Assembly: GCA_002753335.1 (NCBI GenBank)
Contig: PEAD01000022.1
Coordinates: 1-51,457 of the forward strand
Source: Nitrospirae bacterium MYbin3
GTDB lineage: Bacteria; Nitrospirota; Thermodesulfovibrionia; Thermodesulfovibrionales; Dissulfurispiraceae
Reading direction: 5' to 3'
DNA length: 51,457 nucleotides
Shown here: positions 47,160 to 51,457 of the stretch, piece after piece
Position numbering within the stretch: the stretch's first letter is position 1
Layout of the letters: every line of letters starts with the position of its first letter
Program-made: the position numbers and the translations under genes
Notes under the pieces: generated by a model
The model's input: the letters and a program-made list of their open reading frames with translations, nothing else
What the model was told of the DNA's origin: nothing
The model's database searches: none

Positions 47160-48305
47160 ATGCGAATTGGGATTAATGCCCTTTACCTTGTGCCTAAAAA
47201 GGCTGGTGGACTTGAAACCGTTCTAAGGAATCTTCTTGCTGCCATAGCAAAGATTGACAACAAAAATGAGTACTACCTTTTTACCAATAGTGAATGCTCT
47301 GGAACTTTCGAGACTGGACGTATAATTAATGAGGTTAAATGTCCTGTTTCTGGAGCTTGCCGTCCATGTAAGCATATTTGGGAGCAGACGATTTTTCCTT
47401 GGTGGCTCAAAAAATATAAAATTGATGTGTTGCTATCACCGGGGAATGTTGCTCCACTTTATTCTCCCTGTCCTTCTGTATCTATAATCAATGATGCGAT
47501 TCCCTTTATTCGACCGGAGAGTTTTGGTCTTGTTGAAAAGATTATGCTGCGGATTCTATTTCGTCTGACCGCGATGAGAAGTGCAGCAATACTTACACTC
47601 TCTGAATCCGCAAAAAGAGAAATAGTCCTGCATCTTGGCGTCAAAAGCAAAAAGGTTCAGGCTGTCTACCTTGCGGCTGAAGAGCGCTTTTTCCCTTCTA
47701 TAGATAATTTGGATGAGGTTTTGAACCGTCACGGCATAAGAAAACCCTATTTGATTTGTGTTGCATCAAGCCGGCCGTATAAAAATGTCGGAGGCTTGGT
47801 GCGTGCATTTGCCCTCTTAAAAGAAAGGCATAGCATTCCCCATCAGCTTGTGATTATAGGACTTGCAGGCAGCGCCCATACCGAGCTTTTAAATATCGCA
47901 GATGTATTGATAGCTAACAGTGATATAATTTTTACCGGTCATGTTAAAGACGATGAATTGCCGAAATTGTATTCAGGGGCAATAGCATCAGTATATCCGT
48001 CATTTTACGAAGGGTTTGGGCTTCCTCTATTGGAGTCTATGGCGTGTGGAACTCCTGTTGTTTCATCTAATGCGGCCTCTCTTCCTGAAGTTTTAGGTGA
48101 TGCCGGAATTCTTTTTGATCCGCACGATATCAAGCTGATGAGCGAGGCGATATTCTCGGTTATTTCTGATGAAGGTCTGAGAAATGTTTTGCGTGAGAAA
48201 GGGTTTGAACGGGTAAAGACTTTTTCATGGGAAACATCAGCGGGACAAATCATAAATATACTTGAAGAGGAAGCGCATTATTTTATGGCAGGCAGGCGCC
48301 ACTGA
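47160..48305 (+). CDS. Glycosyltransferase family 4 (mannosyltransferase-like)
   Basis: MRIGINA, RPYKN, YPSFYEGFGLPLLESMACGTPV, SLPEV. Confidence 0.92.
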   Translation: MRIGINALYLVPKKAGGLETVLRNLLAAIAKIDNKNEYYLFTNSECSGTFETGRIINEVKCPVSGACRPCKHIWEQTIFPWWLKKYKIDVLLSPGNVAPLYSPCPSVSIINDAIPFIRPESFGLVEKIMLRILFRLTAMRSAAILTLSESAKREIVLHLGVKSKKVQAVYLAAEERFFPSIDNLDEVLNRHGIRKPYLICVASSRPYKNVGGLVRAFALLKERHSIPHQLVIIGLAGSAHTELLNIADVLIANSDIIFTGHVKDDELPKLYSGAIASVYPSFYEGFGLPLLESMACGTPVVSSNAASLPEVLGDAGILFDPHDIKLMSEAIFSVISDEGLRNVLREKGFERVKTFSWETSAGQIINILEEEAHYFMAGRRH

Positions 48306-49459
48306 TGCATATATGCTTTGTCATAGAATATTACTATCCGCACATTGGCGGGGCAGAGATACTGTTTCAGAATCTTGTTGAGGGATTGGTCGGTTTGGGC
48401 CATGAATGCAGTGTTGTCACTTGCCGTTTGCCAAATACCCGGAAGGACGAAGTTGTTAATGGTGTAAATGTACATCGTGTTTGGGTTCCGACATTTGGGG
48501 ACAGATACTGGTTCACTTTTTTAAGTTTATTTTCTGCATGGAGATACGGACGCAAGGCAGAAATAATTCATACAATGACCTATAACGGCGTACTTGTTGC
48601 ATGGCTTGTGTCTATGCTGCAAAACAAACCTTTATTTATAACTGTTTTTGAGGTTATAGGCAAAAAATGGCATAAGTTGGGGCTTAGCTCTGTAAAAGCT
48701 TTTGTGTTCAGATTGATCGAAAGGGTAGTCCTCGCTTTCCCCTATGATTCATATTCTTGTATCTCTAGAAATACTATGGCTGCCCTTCAGGAATATTGCA
48801 TTCCGGCAAAGAAACTTTTTCTTGCTTATCCCGGAATAGATTACAAGCTTTTTAGTCCCACAGGCTATCCTGAAAAGAGTAACCAGATAACTATAATTCC
48901 TGGCAAGGCACCAGAAACATTTTTGTATACATATTATGGACGCCCCGGTTTTGTAAAGGGTGTTGAGTATCTCGTGAGAGCGATTCCGGAGATTAGACAA
49001 AAAATCCCACATTCGCGTTTGCTGCTCATATTATCAAGAAAGCCTGAAAATCTATATAAAAAAATAATCCAGCTTATTGAAGCTTTAGGCCTCAAGATAG
49101 GTGAGGACTTGTATTTAATCGATTCTGTGCCGAGAGATCAACTGCCTCTATATCTCAGAGCAAGCGATTGTATTGTTGTTCCGTCGTTAAACGAAGGTTT
49201 CGGCTTTTCTTGTGTTGAAGCATGTACTTTAGGGCTGCCTGTTGTTGTAACAAGTGCAGGTTCTCTTCCTGAAGTCGTATTCGGTAAATATGTAATTGTG
49301 GAGCCTGCTGATTCTTCGGCGATTGCTCGTGGTGTTGCAAGTGTTTTTAATCGAGAGTGGATGGTTTCGGGAGAGAAAATTTTTTCATGGGAGAATTATA
49401 TAGAAAGACATGTTGAGGTCTATAACAGCGAGTTATCTATAAGGAGCCAAAAGGGCTAA
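48305..49459 (+). CDS. Glycosyltransferase family 4
   Basis: YYPHIGGAE, GRPGFVKG, VPSLNEGFGFSCVEA. Confidence 0.9.
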   Translation: MHICFVIEYYYPHIGGAEILFQNLVEGLVGLGHECSVVTCRLPNTRKDEVVNGVNVHRVWVPTFGDRYWFTFLSLFSAWRYGRKAEIIHTMTYNGVLVAWLVSMLQNKPLFITVFEVIGKKWHKLGLSSVKAFVFRLIERVVLAFPYDSYSCISRNTMAALQEYCIPAKKLFLAYPGIDYKLFSPTGYPEKSNQITIIPGKAPETFLYTYYGRPGFVKGVEYLVRAIPEIRQKIPHSRLLLILSRKPENLYKKIIQLIEALGLKIGEDLYLIDSVPRDQLPLYLRASDCIVVPSLNEGFGFSCVEACTLGLPVVVTSAGSLPEVVFGKYVIVEPADSSAIARGVASVFNREWMVSGEKIFSWENYIERHVEVYNSELSIRSQKG

Positions 49460-49470
49460 GAGCAAAAACT

Positions 49471-51363
49471 ATGTGCGGCATTTGTGGAAAAATTAATCTT
49501 GACGGTCAGCCGGTATCAGAAAGGCTGATCAAAAGCATGAATTCAGCCATTGTTCACAGGGGGCCTGATGACGAGGGGGGGGTCATTAAAGGACCTGTGG
49601 GGCTCGGTCATCGTAGGCTGAGCATAATCGACTTGTCCGATTCAGCCCGCCAGCCAATGTGCAATGAGGATGGCACTATATGGATTGTATTCAACGGTGA
49701 AATATACAATTTTCAGGAATTAAGCAGAGACTTGCTGTCAAAAGGACATGAATTCCGTACAAAGAGCGACACAGAGGCAATAATCCATCTTTACGAGGAA
49801 TACGGCGCCGAATGTCTAAAATATCTAAGGGGCATGTTCGCTTTTGCTATTTTTGATGAAAAACGTGATGAGCTTTTTCTTGCGCGAGACAGGGTAGGGA
49901 AAAAACCTCTTTACTATTACCACACCGATAAAACATTTATTTTTGCTTCAGAGATTAAGGCCATACTTCAGGATAACAGTATTCAAAGAACACCAGACCT
50001 TGAAGGGATTAACCACTATCTGACCTACCTGTATGTGCCTTCCCCGTGGTCGGCTTTTAAGGGAATAAAAAAACTGCCGCCAGCTCATTATATGATTTTG
50101 AAGGATGGAAAAATAAAGACAGAACGGTACTGGAAGCTGTCATATCTGCCCAAACATCAAATTTCCTTTGAATCTTTGAAAAAAGAAATCATCAACAGGC
50201 TTAGAGAAGCTGTAAAAATAAGGCTTATAAGCGACGTGCCTCTCGGTGCGTTTCTTAGTGGTGGGGTTGATTCAAGCGCTATAGTGGCGTTGATGTCTCA
50301 GTTGATGAGGGAGCCTGTCAAGACTTTTTCTATAGGGTTCAAGGAGGAGGCATATAACGAGCTTCGTTATGCGAGGATGGTTGCCGAAAGATTCAAGACC
50401 GACCACACCGAATTTATGGTGGAACCTAAGGCCGTAGATCTGCTGCCCAAACTAGTCTGGCATTATAACGAACCTTATGCTGATGTGTCGGCAATTCCAA
50501 CTTATTATGTATCAAAACTTGCTCGCGAGCATGTGACAGTTATTCTTAACGGGGATGGGGGAGATGAGAATTTCGCCGGATATGGTAGATATGTTGCTAA
50601 TGAGTATTCGGCGCTGATGCACAGGTTTTTGCCTGCAGCTCTGGTTAATATGACACTGCCGCTTTTGAATAATATTCCGCACGGCCACCATCCTAGGGGT
50701 TTTATCTGGAGGCTTAAGCGTTTTCTTAAGGAGTACGTAAAACCTTCTGAAGTGAGAAACGGCCACTGGATATCTCAGTTTACGACAGAGATGAAGTCAG
50801 AACTTTGTACAGATGATTTTATTGAAAGTGTTTTTCATGCCGATTCTTTGGATCTGCTGCTTGATAAATATAAAGAAGCTGAAGCCGAAACATTTTTGGA
50901 TAAGACTCTTTATGCTGATGTGGCGATGTATCTGCCGGAAGATTTGCTTGTGAAGGTTGATATAGCATCGATGGCTAATTCTCTCGAATGTCGTTCTCCC
51001 TTTTTAGACCAAGAATTTATGGAGTTTGCGGCTATGATTCCATCGGAATACAAACTAAAAGGCAGATCAACAAAGCATATATTGAAGGAATCCCTTAGAG
51101 GTATTTTGCCTGATGAGGTTATGTTCAGGGAAAAGATGGGTTTTGGAGTCCCGCTGGACTATTGGTTCAGGAATGAGTTAAAGGATATGGCTTATGATAC
51201 TCTTCTCGGAAGGCAATGTGTTGAGCGTGGATACTTTCATAAAGAATATATTCAGCGAATTCTTGACGAACATGTATCTGGAAAGTGGAACTGGCAAAAC
51301 CATATATGGAGCCTGTTGATGCTGGAGTTGTGGCACCAAACGTTTATTGATGGCTATGCATAA
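49471..51363 (+). CDS. asnB: Asparagine synthase (glutamine-hydrolysing)-type amidotransferase
   Basis: N-terminal [52 protein letters not shown]. Confidence 0.92.
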   Translation: MCGICGKINLDGQPVSERLIKSMNSAIVHRGPDDEGGVIKGPVGLGHRRLSIIDLSDSARQPMCNEDGTIWIVFNGEIYNFQELSRDLLSKGHEFRTKSDTEAIIHLYEEYGAECLKYLRGMFAFAIFDEKRDELFLARDRVGKKPLYYYHTDKTFIFASEIKAILQDNSIQRTPDLEGINHYLTYLYVPSPWSAFKGIKKLPPAHYMILKDGKIKTERYWKLSYLPKHQISFESLKKEIINRLREAVKIRLISDVPLGAFLSGGVDSSAIVALMSQLMREPVKTFSIGFKEEAYNELRYARMVAERFKTDHTEFMVEPKAVDLLPKLVWHYNEPYADVSAIPTYYVSKLAREHVTVILNGDGGDENFAGYGRYVANEYSALMHRFLPAALVNMTLPLLNNIPHGHHPRGFIWRLKRFLKEYVKPSEVRNGHWISQFTTEMKSELCTDDFIESVFHADSLDLLLDKYKEAEAETFLDKTLYADVAMYLPEDLLVKVDIASMANSLECRSPFLDQEFMEFAAMIPSEYKLKGRSTKHILKESLRGILPDEVMFREKMGFGVPLDYWFRNELKDMAYDTLLGRQCVERGYFHKEYIQRILDEHVSGKWNWQNHIWSLLMLELWHQTFIDGYA

Positions 51364-51457
51364 AAAGGCCGTAGTTCTTTTGAGCGGAGGGGTTGATTCT
51401 TCTACTGTTGCAGCTATTGCAAGGTCTGAGGGTTATGATATCTATGCTTTAAGTTTT
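51356..51457 (+). CDS. queC: 7-cyano-7-deazaguanine synthase QueC, N-terminal fragment (runs off window)
   Basis: Manual translation [34 protein letters not shown] matches the QueC N-terminus with its SGGxDS PP-loop. Overlaps the asnB stop. Confidence 0.8.
   Translation, partial: MHKKAVVLLSGGVDSSTVAAIARSEGYDIYALSF

Noticed and set aside
1..51457. CRISPR arrays, tRNA or rRNA genes
   Set aside because: No regularly spaced repeats or tRNA/rRNA signatures seen in the intergenic regions by eye.

Overview
A 51.5-kb bacterial chromosomal window. Gene content and GroES/GroEL style suggest an anaerobic Nitrospirota/Desulfobacterota-like organism (inference only). (1) 1-3000: 3' end of a TPR protein gene, then a small mobile-element hotspot containing an IS481-like transposase remnant with one terminal end, a nonsense-interrupted membrane-protein gene, a cluster of GC-rich hairpins and a ~717-nt group II intron whose reverse-transcriptase ORF is almost entirely deleted. 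(2) A large single-chain purL. (3) 7.1-24.6 kb: a Wzx/Wzy-type exopolysaccharide locus (polymerase/ligase, GTs, uncharacterised secreted protein, HprK-like P-loop protein, flippase, deacetylase, BY-kinase, Wza, chain-length regulator), interrupted by an orphan solute-binding protein plus MCP pair. (4) 24.7-35.5 kb: CIRCE-groES-groEL, mltG, ispG, tRNA m6A37 methyltransferase, two peptide ABC permeases split by yjbQ and a priming sugar transferase, glnE. (5) 35.5-51.4 kb: a second, methylation-rich glycan cluster (flippase, two cobalamin-dependent radical SAM enzymes, one fused to a class I MTase, a free MTase, tandem RfbV-like GT2s, an NDP-sugar C-methyltransferase, a GMD-like SDR with YxxxR, GT4s, an AsnB-type amidotransferase) running into the 5' end of queC. 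I saw no rRNA, tRNA or CRISPR array.
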